Positions 25,501 through 39,200 of a stretch of DNA of 64,000 nt are shown here, in pieces. A program made the position numbers and the translations under genes. The DNA is taken from assembly GCA_040954595.2 (NCBI GenBank), contig CM082594.2, positions 11,474,276 to 11,538,275 on the forward strand, given 5' to 3'. Position 1 is the stretch's first letter, and each line of letters starts with the position of its first letter. The notes below the pieces were generated by a model. That model did no database searches. It saw only the letters and a program-made list of their open reading frames with translations, and was not told the DNA's origin. The DNA comes from Balanoglossus misakiensis. Its lineage: Eukaryota; Animalia; Hemichordata.

Positions 25501-28500
25501 ATTTGCATATTGCATATATCGATATGATTGTCCAATTTCAGCTTTGGTTTCGCCTTTTGGGGGAGAAATCCAAAATGGATTTGTTACAGTGCGCGCCATT
25601 GGTCACCATGTGTGTGCAGATGAACACCGCCATCTTTCCGCCATCTTGCCAGATTACATCACTCACCCACACCTCAAAGCCTCAATTCTTCTGCAAGTGG
25701 GCGGCATTGGTGGCATAAAACCGTCCTTGCATCAAGGGCGGATTTGCATTAGACATTGCACGTGTGTTACATAGCGACAAATTGGCTCTGAATGTATACA
25801 TTTGACTCGTTAACGGATTAAGCTTCTCGAGTTAATTGTGGTCATAACCAGATATGGGAGGGCATGAGCGGTACCAGAGGTCGGATGCTCTGAATCGCTT
25901 CCAAACCTTGCTATCAGATCCCGACGACCTCTTATGTTTGTAGTGTGTGGCGGCGTCGCAAAAAGCCAGAATTGATTGCACGGTTATCACGTACATTCAC
26001 ACCTCGGCTATTGTCCAGCCAGTGTTTCTACAATCTGTCACTAATAGTTTTGTAATCGGCGACCTGATAAATCTGCCCAACACTGTGTACTCCCCCGGTA
26101 AGCTAACTCAAACATCAGAATATCACTCATTTTAATCTGAATTGGCCGCAGTCCAGAAGATAGAGCGCATTCAACACGCTACCCTGCGCTCGTCAGACCG
26201 ACAGAAAAAATCACCTAACTTGCTGACAATTTCTGACGCAACGGTAACACGTCTAAACAATTAAATGGCCTTATCTGGAGATTGGAGATTTCGGTTAAAT
26301 GTGCAACAATTTGGATTTGCTGCGATAAGCCTGTAATCCGCTGACAAAAAGTACGGTGACTACCGGAGATATCTGTAAAGATGGCGCGAAATCGCGCCGT
26401 CATATTTAGTTTTGAATTTAAATTTCGAGTTAGATGAGTGTCCCTGGACTTGAGGATGGCTGTTTACTATTTACCACTGCAGCACACATCCTCGAGACCT
26501 CCCTCGTAAATAAGTCGTTATCGAGCTTCTTTTAACGGAGGCAGACGCGATAAATCAACATCAATAAAGTTTTCATCTGTGGTCGTCTCGAGTCGAATTG
26601 GATTTTGGGTTAATCCGCAGGGTCACCAAATACCAGTCGACCACCTCAATTTGTCAGGTTGAGTAATGGCTAAGATTACCGTAATCGTTTTATTGATCAA
26701 CATTAGCGAGACAACAGGTTCCTAAATGGGGCTGTATTTCTGGATAAAAGCACAAGAGTTGGCCAGACAAGTACTCGTCGAACGGTCTAATTTGTTTTGA
26801 TTTGAGAAAATGTCTACCACGCGGAATGGCGGCAAATTTCTGCAATGACTTGTGGGTAGAGTTCATGCAAGGTGCGAGGACCAATAACCAGATGTTGTGT
26901 GTTGTCAGTTAATCATCAATCTTGAGAAAGTATACAAATGCAAACATTAACCACAATATTAAAAAGGGGAGTTGGACGTAAGAATTCATTTCCAATCTGA
27001 CAGATTATGCAAATTCGTTTGAACTGTTGATTACAGTTAATAAATAAAACGTCAAGTGGGAAAAAATCGGAGCAAGTTAAATTTGGAGCGGTCGCAGGTG
27101 CATGGATCAAAATAATCAGGCGAAATGCTTGTCAAGTTGTAAAATGTCGATTTTGTTGGGAAATTACGGTCATCTACGGCAGTAAGCCAACGGTCTGACG
27201 GTAATTATTATTAGTCAAATTGTCGATTCATGGGCCATAGCCGAACATTTATCAATTCCGAACGCCGCGATCAGTTGCATGCCAAATAAAAGCGATTACG
27301 GATCTGTTCTCGGTTTCCCATGGCGACTACTAACCAAGTGAATCGTATGACTGTCACACACACAGTCATCCAAAGACATGCCTGCGTCGTGCTTGTAGGC
27401 CACTGTCAAAGAGAAGGACTACCGATTAAACCTCGCTTCAGACTCTGATCCTTAAAACCCGATTCATTACATCTGATCGCCAGTGCTTTGGACGCGATCA
27501 AAGCATCAAACACCGAGATGTCCGAATTTAATAAAGATGGCCGCACAACCGCGGTATTCGGATTATATTCGGATTCTAGTTCGGATGGGGAGGAGTGGAA
27601 ATTAGGATTTCCACTTCAGTGTCGCTGTCTTGTTAATCAAGCAATGATGCGAGAGTTTGGTAACTGTATTTTTCATATCAAGAAAAAAAGATAGTACATA
27701 CGGGCCGAGAGCTAGACTATATTGAATTAAATTTTATCTTTTATCGGTATTAATTGTTAACAGCCATGTGATTAATTTCATTGGCTATAATTGACTCAAT
27801 GGGTACCGGAAGTGATTAATACCCAATTAAAAATTGACACATCTGCACCAGATGTGTTAATTTTCGATGTCTTTTTTTCCTAGCTGAGCGACAGCGACAT
27901 CGGCAATGACGGTTCAGCCGGGAGAAATTTTATTGGAATATGATCCCTGTGTCATGAAAACTGTGCAGCGGTTGTGTAGAGAGATCAACACGAATAAAAA
28001 CACACCTCACAACTGAAAAATTACATTTCGTAAATCTTTATTTATTATTCACGACAACATATGTGTTTTCGTGACTTGGGGCGCCAGATCGGGAAATATA
28101 ACATGAAAAAATGGGGAAATCGACTGTACAGGTGTCGAGGCGACACCCGCGTCAACAAACCGAAGGGAAGTGCAACAATTTACAATCGTAGTTGTCTGGT
28201 TGTTAAAATTATATAAACGAAGAGATCGTCCGTGTTGTGATAATTCAGCGCAAAAGAGCGACACTCATCTAAGTCAATAGCGACAGCGTTGCAGAAATGA
28301 CAACAAAGTTTTTCTTGAAACCCAAATTTAAAACCATGCAAGAACGTTGACAAGGACACCGTTCTCTTGTACTCTAGAAAAATGGGTAGACATTCAGTGC
28401 AGAAAACATTAAACGGGGAATATGGATTTGACCCACGCTTGGATTTGATCACTGTCGTTATATTTGTCACACACTTATATAAAAAACAGCTAGTAACAAG

Positions 28501-29947
28501 ATTTCACATGATTTAAGCGCCTGTCAGTGGTTGTTCGTAACGTGAATGTTGAAAAAAATCCTGGAGACACGTGATCATGTCACGTGCAAAACAAACTGAG
28601 GTAGGCGGCCATGCAAAGAATTTTGTTTCAATCGGAAACACGTAATCATTATTACCCCAAAACACACGCTTTCACGTGAATGGAATCCAATGTCAAACGT
28701 ACACGGCCAAGATGAGGGCTTCGTCGATATCGTACAGAGAGTCGTACCCCCAAAAATAAAATCCCTTTTTGTAACTTGTGACCTTTGACCTTCCCTGTCA
28801 ATCCACTCAACTTCGAAATGTTTGTTGACGTTTTTCCTAATTTCATACTCGCATGACTGTAACGTTTGATTGACCATTGGACCGAATCACTGGAAAATGC
28901 ACGGAAAACAAACCAACCCGTATCCCCGGAACACGAGAAGTTTACAGAAGACAAACTGAAACTAAATGTGAGAGTAGATTAGATAAAATGTTTACCCAGA
29001 CCGGAAAACAGTAATTACACGCTTATTAAAAATACATCGATCTTTGCCGAAACATTACCGAGGAGATGTTTCAACGTTAAACAAACGGAGGCATGCTCTA
29101 TTCGGAAGCTTTTAATTGGTCCTTAATAAAGGATTGATGCGAGATCACGTAGAACAACCACTGTAATTAAGTCACTGTTTATTCTAAGTGTATTTAGCGA
29201 CCGTGAAAGACGCAAACAGAAGAAATTGAGTTCTAATGAACACGCTAATGGAGCAATTGACATTAGTAATGTAACTTTCACGTACGTTTAACTATTCGTC
29301 CTGTGAGCTTTCAAAGTCGTCTGAATTCAGTACTTCATACATATTAGACATTCTGATTAACGGACACGACCCATTTGGAAGGAGCCCGCCCGCCCACTTT
29401 TTCATTTCACAAAATCCAAAGAAAATTATAATATCAACATTTTATCTTATTATATATATCTATATTAATATCATATATTCTGACTGAGTTCGGAATTTTT
29501 TTTCATCAGTGTGACATCATCATTTGGTCCATCTTCAGAGGGAGTAAGTTCTGTAAATGGAACTCCTCCGGCGCAGACGGTACTAAAATTGGTAACCCTA
29601 AGAGAGAACTGGAGTGTATGTACTCAGGTCCAATCTGCTGAGAATGTACATAGTTTTTAACTCTAATAGTGCAGATGGGAAGTCTAGTCAATCGGACATG
29701 CAGGAGGCACCCATCATTAAAACTTATGAATAAAATATCAGTACAGTACAAAAGCGCAGTGAGAGCTGAGACAACAGCGGCTAGCAACGGGTCACCAGGA
29801 TTCCAGCTCACCTTGAACACTAGGATGCACGTATACACAGACGATGTATTCACGTGAGACACAGACATACTGTACGTACACACACACAAGGAAGCGAAGG
29901 CCAAACACGGCCTTAAGTAAAATCCGTAGGTTCTAATATAACTCTCA

Positions 29948-30271
29948 TCACGTGCTTCGTTCGATTTTGTCCATTTCTGTATTCGTTTGGCTCTCAGACG
30001 AGAGGAAATCGTGGTCCGAAGTCACGTGACAGTAATCGTCGGCGAAAGTGCCGTCATCGAAGGAATTGTCCATTTCATGACCCTCGTCGATTTCATCCGA
30101 ATCCGGCTGATCATCAATGTCATCCGTGGTTTCTACATCTATTTCACTTTCTTTGCATTCGGTCGAGTCTCTCTCGTGGTTGTTGTGTAAATTTTTCTGA
30201 TTTTCTTTTGCTTCCACGGCCTTCTTGCTCCTCTTCCATTTCATTCGCCTGTTCTGAAACCAGATTTTCAC
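29948..30271 (-). CDS. Mnx: Mnx coding exon 3 (helix 3 and acidic tail)
   Basis: Acceptor TCGCAG, then [17 protein letters not shown] through to the TGA stop. Confidence 0.96.
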   Translation of the reverse strand: MKIWFQNRRMKWKRSKKAVEAKENQKNLHNNHERDSTECKESEIDVETTDDIDDQPDSDEIDEGHEMDNSFDDGTFADDYCHVTSDHDFLSSESQTNTEMDKIERST

Positions 30272-33200
30272 CTGCGAGAAAATAAAATTAAACTTTGTAA
30301 GTCAAGATGAAGAAATCGACAGAGTACTAGTTTTTGAGAGAGAGAGAGAGAGCCAGAGATGCAGATTTTTTCAAAGATCAAGACAGACTTCGCGTGACAG
30401 GTTTCGGGCTTTACACAGATGGAGTCTTCTTGTATTTACTCGGGAAATTCAACTGACGAGACAAACGATTATTCTGCAGTTTGGATCATTTCCCCGTTGT
30501 TTGATTAGCCTAAAACAGTACAACGTCTTGTCTAATCGTCAGAGCACACTCGCAAAGCAGCATTATACCTCTCATAAACGCCTGGCGTATGACACAACAG
30601 ACATGAAGCCGTAAAAACGGCGCCCCAGTCGGCGATCTTAGTTATACATGAGCGAAAAGGTCATTTTTATGAATTTCCAGGATGGTAGATATAACCGTTA
30701 CATTTTGCGATAATCGAAATTTTTAATCAAAGTTTGATAACAGCTCAGATGTAAATTACGTTCCGGACCATAAACTTCGGATTTGATCAGTTGGGAAAGA
30801 TGTCTATACCTTTTCCCGCAGATTACACTTATCTGGAGTTAATTTCCTTGGCCACGTTTTTTCCCACTTTTCGTTTAAGAAAATTGATGCTTCAGTCTGC
30901 CCTCCTAAAAAGTGACGTGATTAATTTCGACTGCGTGCGAAGTGACGTAAGTTGTGACGTCATACCTGGGTTTCTGTGAGCATCAGGGACGTCGCGACTT
31001 CAAATCGTTTCGGCCGGGACAGATATTTGTTCTTCCTAAATTGGTTTTCCAGTTCCAGTAGCTGCTGACTTGTAAACGCCGTGCGCGGTCTCCTCGTCTT
31101 TCCCAATAAATTCGGCTGGTGTTGTCCTGGAATGGAGAAGCGGAGCACACTTTAATCACGTGGCAAATTACAGACACTTGACTTTAAAATTAGATACCTG
31201 ACGCTTTGAACCAGCTGTCTTTATTCCTATCGCATAATCCACATATACTTGGAACAAATGTTCCCCGTTCAAATTGCGTGGAATATTGCTACAATTACGT
31301 GAGTGCAAAACAAAGGCATTTTCTCTTTTCCATCTATAAAGCCGTACGACCAGGCCAGAGTTTTTCCAAGCGTTACAGCAATCGCATTTTCATTTGAAGA
31401 TACCGTTCGCTGTTGATGTAGACGTCTAGCCTGTGCTTTCAATATTTGCTGCTGCAAGCATCGGGGAATACCCACGCTGTTTCAACGCTTCATTTATCAT
31501 GACTTAATTCGCTGTGATTTGGTTTTCCCGGAGCGGCCTGGGGCATGTTGGTGCTATTATTTTAATGAAGAAATCAATGTTATTAATTAAGGCGAGAAGA
31601 AGCGGTATCTCAAGTCAAGTGTCTCTGAAAACGGCCACCAGGGGGTTGACCTGATCCGTTCTCTTTGGAATTTCATCCAATTGGAAAAAGCCCTTGACGT
31701 TTTAATACGAGTCCCTGGCTTAATTTTACCCTGTAGACATGGAGATAACGACTTTAATTTGCAGAAAGACAAAGTTTGAATATCATCATTTAGAAAATTT
31801 GTGGGCAAGACTCAAAGCCAAGATTTCGCGAAAAAACATTGAGATTGTGAAATATTTCTGTAATGCTGAAAAAACAACTGATTTATCCTCTTCATTTTAT
31901 TAACACTTAGGAAAGAATTTGGTTCAATTTGGCAGAAAGAAAAAATACTCCCTCTTATTAATTCGGGAAAATATATGACAACTTGAAAAGCGTGGAGTTA
32001 GATTGATGTACGGTTTACTTGTTCAAAAATGCAGAGTGTGGGACACCACAAATGATTGGGTCGGGGCTGGCGCTGGTGGGAGAACACCCCCACAACAGGA
32101 CCCGTCTAATAATTCACAATATTTCTGGAGGGCAAATCATGGAAAGATTAACTCCAAGCTGGCGAGTAATGACTTACTTATTCAGCGCGTTGATTTTTAC
32201 GAGTTTGTTTATACGCGCATCTCTTGTTTTTTTTATTGAGCTTTGTGACTAGATTTTGGTTAAAACACGAATATTATCGATATGGTGAATAAAAAAATAA
32301 AAAAATAATGTTTTAACTGATTTTGTATCCTGACATATGTGAGACACGGAGTTTAGTTGTTGACCCGAAAAGGATGACGATCAGTGTGCTAACGAAAGCA
32401 ATTCAATGTTGGCCCGAGGCAAAACCCATCTCAGCGACAGTGAGTTAGTGACCGGATTGAGAAGACAAGGAAGCTTCATGCGAAAAAAGCCCTTTTATGC
32501 ATGATTAAAATGACATTTGAAGTGCATTCATGGGAGGGGCTCGCTTTAATCGTTCTAATTGAAAAGAAAAACACGAAGAAAAAAGGGAGTGTGTGGTAGA
32601 ATGGAACAAACGGAGCAATTCATCCCAGTTGTTTTTCCGTTTTTCCGGATCAAGAGAAAGTCTCCAATCAGATCGATGGACTGTCGACTGAAACTGTTGC
32701 AAAATGCGCATCAGAACTGAGCGGAACACATTCTGCCGTCGGTATTACAGAACTGTCAAGCCGGGCCTTGGAAACCGGACAACACACCACGGCGTAATAT
32801 CCAAGTAGCTTCGTCAAGATACGAATTAAGACCGCCTTGTCAAGAATTAGCGTTTGCAGTAATAAAACCCAGTGAAAATCATGAGGAATACGTTCATTGA
32901 ACGCGATAAAATTCACCAAATACACAGTCACAGTGCAATCAACAAAGCTATGAGTAATAATGTCTATCACAAACATCGATCGAAATCTACAACAGGGTTG
33001 TTCATTTCCAATTACGTCTACTCCGAAATAAAATGTACATTTAATGAAATTTTTCGTCCATATAATTTCCTCCTATGTTGTTTAAAGCTCCATCCAATCT
33101 CATAATAGTCTTAATAGGCAAACAAATTTTTCTGCGAGCCGAAAGGCGAACTCGGTTCAGTTTGAATTGCGTGTTGTTTTTCTTTCTACTGTAATCTAAT

Positions 33201-36200
33201 TTTCGAGTGACTGCTATTTTCTGGACATTTTTACCGTCCAATCCAATCATTTAATGCCCCAATCAGTCAACACGAAAGTCTTTTTAAATACGGTTGATCA
33301 TTTTGGGGTTTGCATACGACGCCTTGTATAGCTGACTCCCAGGGGATGGTTTCCCCGGCAGAGTATGAAATTAATCAGTGCTGGCGTGTATGTTTCACAA
33401 GCCAGCGCTCACTCCAATCCAAGTTTTAACTTAATTAAGATAGCCCCAATCGTACTGTTGAATTGGTACCGACATTTCGCATTATCTCCGTTTGATGCAA
33501 CGGACCCATCGATTACGGAGAATTAGCATCCAGCTCAATCCCTGAGGTTAGGCACAGCGTCATAGCCGGAATTAAAATCCCTTTTACAACTGTTCAGCAC
33601 GGCACATCAGGGGCGACTTTGCGGCCCTCAACCCGGGGACAACAACCACCTTGCGTGTGCCTGGCTTCGGCGTGCGATATGACCCCCGGGGGTGGCCTGA
33701 TCTGGAGCGGGGGACTGACAGAAGTGATAACGCTGACACAATTGGCACAAATCGTGACGACATGAGAGCTTAGAAGATTTACCTCACGGCCCCGCGCACA
33801 CGCACGCGACAACCGGACCCTGAACACGCGTGCGATATCTCTCGCTCCCATGTATTAATTAATACGCGCATTGCCTGATTGTATCAAATACTTCATCGCT
33901 TCTCAAGTATATAATACAAAGCAGAGCTTGAGCGGAGAAAGTGCAAACTAACGAAAACACAGTAACGGGAAACCACTTCGGAGAAGTCGCACTCAATTTA
34001 AAACCAGCCAATAATTACTTAATTTTAGAGTATGGTATTTCTAATGCGATAACGTCAAATGTGTTTAAGCTATCATTATCGTGGCGTTTTGAATTACGGT
34101 GGCGAGTGCGTGAGTTTGACAGAAAAGACAACGCAGTTCAGGAAACGGAAACCAGTTTCTCCTCCCTTGGTGGTTTGGAATAAAAGAATCGCCTTTTAAT
34201 AAAAGCAGGTTTACATAAAGATGAATTGTATAATTGCTTTGTGAACTTAATAATATTTGTTCAGAAATTTTAATTTAGGCACTGTAGTATCAACTTTAAA
34301 ATTAATGGCTGTTAAATGCATACATACATTTTTCCATCTAACCATCCATACACCTGTCTTACATTGTGTATGTCTCTGTACATGTATGTACTCTCCTGAA
34401 CCCCCCTCTATCTATACATGTCTATGTTTACTGAAGTACCATCTCATTCGAAAATGATTTTTTAAAGCCTTGAAACTTTCCTCGCTACCACTTCATATCC
34501 TTTTTAACGCAGACTAAATGAAGACCCAGGCGACAGGGGATCAAATTAAATTATAAAATTACTAATGATAAAAACCTGTTAATGAAATAAATAAACTGGC
34601 CAATCTGAATCGATATTGTCCAATGGAAACGTTGGGTAACATTATGACGGTTGAAAGTGTCCGCCTTCGGTTATTTTCCCTTTATTCTCAGTGCCGGTAT
34701 CGGCGCCAACGGTCGTAGCCAACGGCAAGGCAACAGTACGCAATTACTTTACTCGCGCTCGTAAAGTTCGAATTTCTAATACTTGGTGCGAATTTTCTTC
34801 TCTATTTGAACGGTTTATTCGATCAGGTCAAGCAGCGTGAAAATATTATCATTACCGGGAATTTTGCGCTCGGATAATTCTCTATAGGATGTTGCATTTT
34901 GCATTCGCTGATATCCGACTACCGGGCTGTCGGTGTTCCATACATTTTAACGGCATCCATGAAGTGCTGTCCAATTGGCGACTAATCTACCTAATGTAAC
35001 AAATTTTCATCAAGCCGGTACCGTTTAGCATGATTAAGGCCACGTCGCTCGGCGGCTTGGTGACACCGATGGCCAATCTCAGACTACTTTCGCAGTCATC
35101 TGGACCCGTATCAGAATTCACAAATGGGCGCCGATTGCTTAGAAATCGCAACATCGCCGTGTCAGTTTCAGAATACGGATAAATCCGTGATTGTATCGGA
35201 ACTAACGGCAGTAATCAACATCGCTGACCAATTATGGGGCTACTCTCACTTTTTCAAATAAAACACGGAACACAACAGACTGGACGTAGAAAGTAATGCA
35301 TATATGAATAAAAAAGTATTTCCCAAACACAGCAGATATCCTATAGTCTAGGTCCTGAAATCCTCAATATGGGAGAGAACCCAGAGACCAAGAAACAAAC
35401 ACACAATGTGAAAAACAGTCCACCCAAAATATTTGATCGCTCCCAACAAACTTGCCTTTTACCGGACGCTAAAGTATGTCTTACTCAGCATGTTAATTAG
35501 GTTATATCAACGAACAATCAAGTTCCCCTTTTCATGATGTATGAGTAAAGAACTCAGATTTGTCTATTCCTGGCAGGTCTGAGTATTCGAAAATCGGTTT
35601 ATGTCTTGTAATCTAATAGAGATTCTGTGCTTTTTAATTTTCTCTAGGAAGCATTATTTTTCAACACATGGTGGAAGGTTTTCAAACTTGATGAGCAATC
35701 TTGTCGCGTGTCTTTTAATTAGATTAATTCCTTCGCCCGATTCATAGGCTTAAATTTCACTTTAATATACGAATAATAGAATAATCGTAGACATTCACTC
35801 GAATCAATGGGGAGATGTGTACACACACTTATTTTATAAGCTCATCAATGTCATTTCGGATGCGCTCGCTGAATGTGATCAACTACTAATATTTTGCTTC
35901 GTTTTTCTCATTAATTAAGAATTGATTTTTTTATCATTTGCCATGAAAACCCACATTTCTCTCAGTGTTTGTGGAAATGTTTGGTTGAAATGTCGCGCTA
36001 GCTCAAGGCGTTTTATCAGAGTTGACAAATTGTGAGAGAGTTTCGCGATGATCTCGGCCTCGCCTGTCGCTCCGCTACAATGCGCGGAGAACTTCGTGTC
36101 GATGAAAATTGTTTCAAGGAAATGAATTAATTCTGCGTTTCAAAACATTCGACCCATATTAACCCTTGCGCTAATTATTTCTTGTGTCGCGAATTAGAGT

Positions 36201-39200
36201 TCGTTAGGCTACTTGCATTGGGTTCGTGTCCAGGGAACTTCAGCTATGCATACAAAGGTAACTACGATCGCATCGCCTCAATCGGAGAGGGTTGCAGTCC
36301 GCTTTTCATAAAACGTGAAAAATCATATGTGTCCATAACGATGATCTCTACTTTATTCGAGCTTTTGTCGGTGTTAAATTGTCCAAATTGCACTGGTGAT
36401 CTCACTTTATTGAGTTTGAATACCTGACGTACGTGTGAGTGCTACGCCGCGTGTTTCATCACAAACCGCGGGAACGGACAACCTGCTCATTCAGACTGAT
36501 GGCATGGCAGACAAAATATCGACCGACCGTGTCACCGCCAACGTGAACCCAGTTTGCCGCAGACCCCGGGTCAAGTTGAATAAACCCATTACGCCTTAAA
36601 TCTAGCGAATATTGTTTGTCATTAATTTAAAAAATGGAGTGTTGGTCTTCAGCCTGCGTCGGTATTTCGAGCACCGATTAGTGGAGACCAAAACAGCACA
36701 TACGTGTGCCCCCAACTCCTTAACGTCACCCGAACCACGGAGATGTGTTTACAGTTCGCCCAATGGACAAACAAAACGGGCGAAACCGATTGGCTGCACA
36801 CACCTGGACAGTCTTCCGATAGTGACTGATAACGTTATCAGCCAATCGATAGTTAAAAACACTCTAGAGTATCGGACACACACACCGATTTGACAATAGT
36901 GTTTCAGTGATAGACCTCGTATATATGAATTAACAACTCCAATGTTGTCAGGGTGTGCTGGTCCGGAGGTGAGAAAAAGGGTCGTGGCCAACAAATCGTG
37001 TCTGCCAAAAATAGGTGCTGGAGTGCACTTCAAGTTTGTCAATCATTTCTGATTGTCCTGCAGGGTACCTATGCCCTAGCAAAGGAAATGGCTCCCAAAC
37101 ACAATATCTAAGCTAGGCCAAGTTCGATATATTAAGTGAAAATGAGGCGAAATGTGTTTATTTGAGCTGATTCTTAACGGTAAGAAATCACGAGGACTAA
37201 CATTCGCTGATGTTTCGTCAATTTTGATTTGATTGGTTAAATTCTGAATTGTCTTCGACTTTTTGTGATAGCACCGTTAACAGCCCAAATAGTCTTCCAT
37301 TCGCATTTTATGACCGACAGAAAACGAGCCGATGTCGTTTAGATTCGACCTCGGGTTAGTTTTTGGACTTCAGAGATGATTGAAATGCGCACAGGTGCAG
37401 GTACAGCTGTGAAAGGTTAGCCGTGATATGCCCTCTGACAAATTTGACCGCACGTCTTCTAGTTCTCTGTGGTTGTGAACACACACTTGAACTAGGAAAC
37501 GTAGCGATCAAGTGTGTTTGGAGACTTCACGGAATCAATGCCACAAATCGAACCAGTTTGACGAGACCGAAATCCCAAACGTGAAAAACCTCGCGAAATG
37601 AAAAAAAAAAGATCATTTCGTTCACGTGGGCGGGTGAATCCAGAAGTGGATAGTGTTTGCTCAAAAAAAGCAAACATATAAATTTTATTTTTGTTGTCCA
37701 AAACTGACGCAAATTTGACTAAATGCGTTGTAACCTCCTCGGGTTCAAGTTATTGTCGGCGGACTTCGACAAAAGTGGCCCAGCCACTATTCGTAACAGT
37801 CAATATTATGCTACCGCTCGTAGGACCGTGGCCACAATTTGTTAAACCGACTTCACACGTTGAAAAGAAAAATCGGACACGAGTTAAGTCCTTCTCAATT
37901 CTGCCGATTTGAAAGGCGACATGTCTCTATATGCGGGGAAATGCTACGATCGACTCGGCCCTGGTAACGCGCATGCTTCGGAACTCATACCGGCGGCTAT
38001 CTCGCATGTCATACGGACGGTCAGCTGTTATCATCAATAGTGCGATCCTCTTTATCGGGAAGTTCATTCGTAGAGTGGATAAGTTCAGTTAATAAAGGGA
38101 ATATTAAGGTTATTTGGGTTGTTTGTTGATGTAATGCGGTGCATAGACCCGTAAGAAGACAACCAAATCCTACCCGAGCATTAGCGGGGACTTGACACAC
38201 AAAAGATCCCGCGCACCTGGGCCGGGTAACCGAGGCGACATAGGCAGGCGACCGGTGGTTCTCCATTGGCGAGACTTTGGTCAGGAAAGAAGGGCTTAGC
38301 GGAAAGAAGCAATTCAGCAATAGTTTCATATCCAACGAAAGTCCATTGTAAAACTCAATAGCAAAGCATCTGGTCGGAAGCCTCACTCGACTCTCAGAAG
38401 ATTTCGCCAAAACTGTTGAGACAACATCTGAGGATCCCTCACGTTAATTAGCTTGTCGTGTTTATTCAACCCACGGAAGTATTCGATCAAATTTCAGCCA
38501 ATTTAGTCTATATTTGGAATTTCCCCCCAAAAGAAAGAGTCTGCAATTTTAAACAGGTACATGTATGTTGCCAAGCGATTGCTGTTTTTGGCCGTGACAT
38601 GAACGGTTCATGGAGAATGCCATTTTCGTTTCTTACTGATGGATTTCAAACATCAAGTTCTGAGTCGTAACACAGTCTAGTAGTTATTAAAATTTAGTGA
38701 TGGTTCGGTTCAGATATTTCAGAAGTCCTCAAACAAATCGATATTTTCAAATGCTTATCGCAAATACCTTCTTTGCGACCTATTTCTGCGCAAATCTAAT
38801 TTAGTGTACCGGACAAGCCATATTTATCGCGCGTCTACATTAAGCGATATAGCGAGAAATTTACGTAGACGATTTGTATCACACAACAAAAAGTGACATT
38901 TTACGCTCGAGCTTTTTAGTCAGCTGTCTGTAATAATTGTGGTGTTTGTAAAATATTGTCTGGTGTGTTATATTCTCAACGGATTCAATTTTAACCAGTG
39001 CCCCTCTGACTAACGAGCTTAAACTATTCCCGTATGTTATGAAAACACTGGTGCGTTTCCGAAGCCAATCGCAGCGTTGTATAATGTCTCTCTGAAGAAA
39101 AGAGCTTTTCAGATGCGCTTTTCACAGGCAGTGATTTGATACCCCGTATTCAATATAATAGCGAATTAAAAATCTTCGTCAAAATAATTTGCAACCTCTA

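Noticed and set aside
14252-29904. Numerous 60-130 aa ORFs in the gene desert
   Set aside because: Many use non-ATG starts; no domain similarity and no chain of phase-compatible exons was found.
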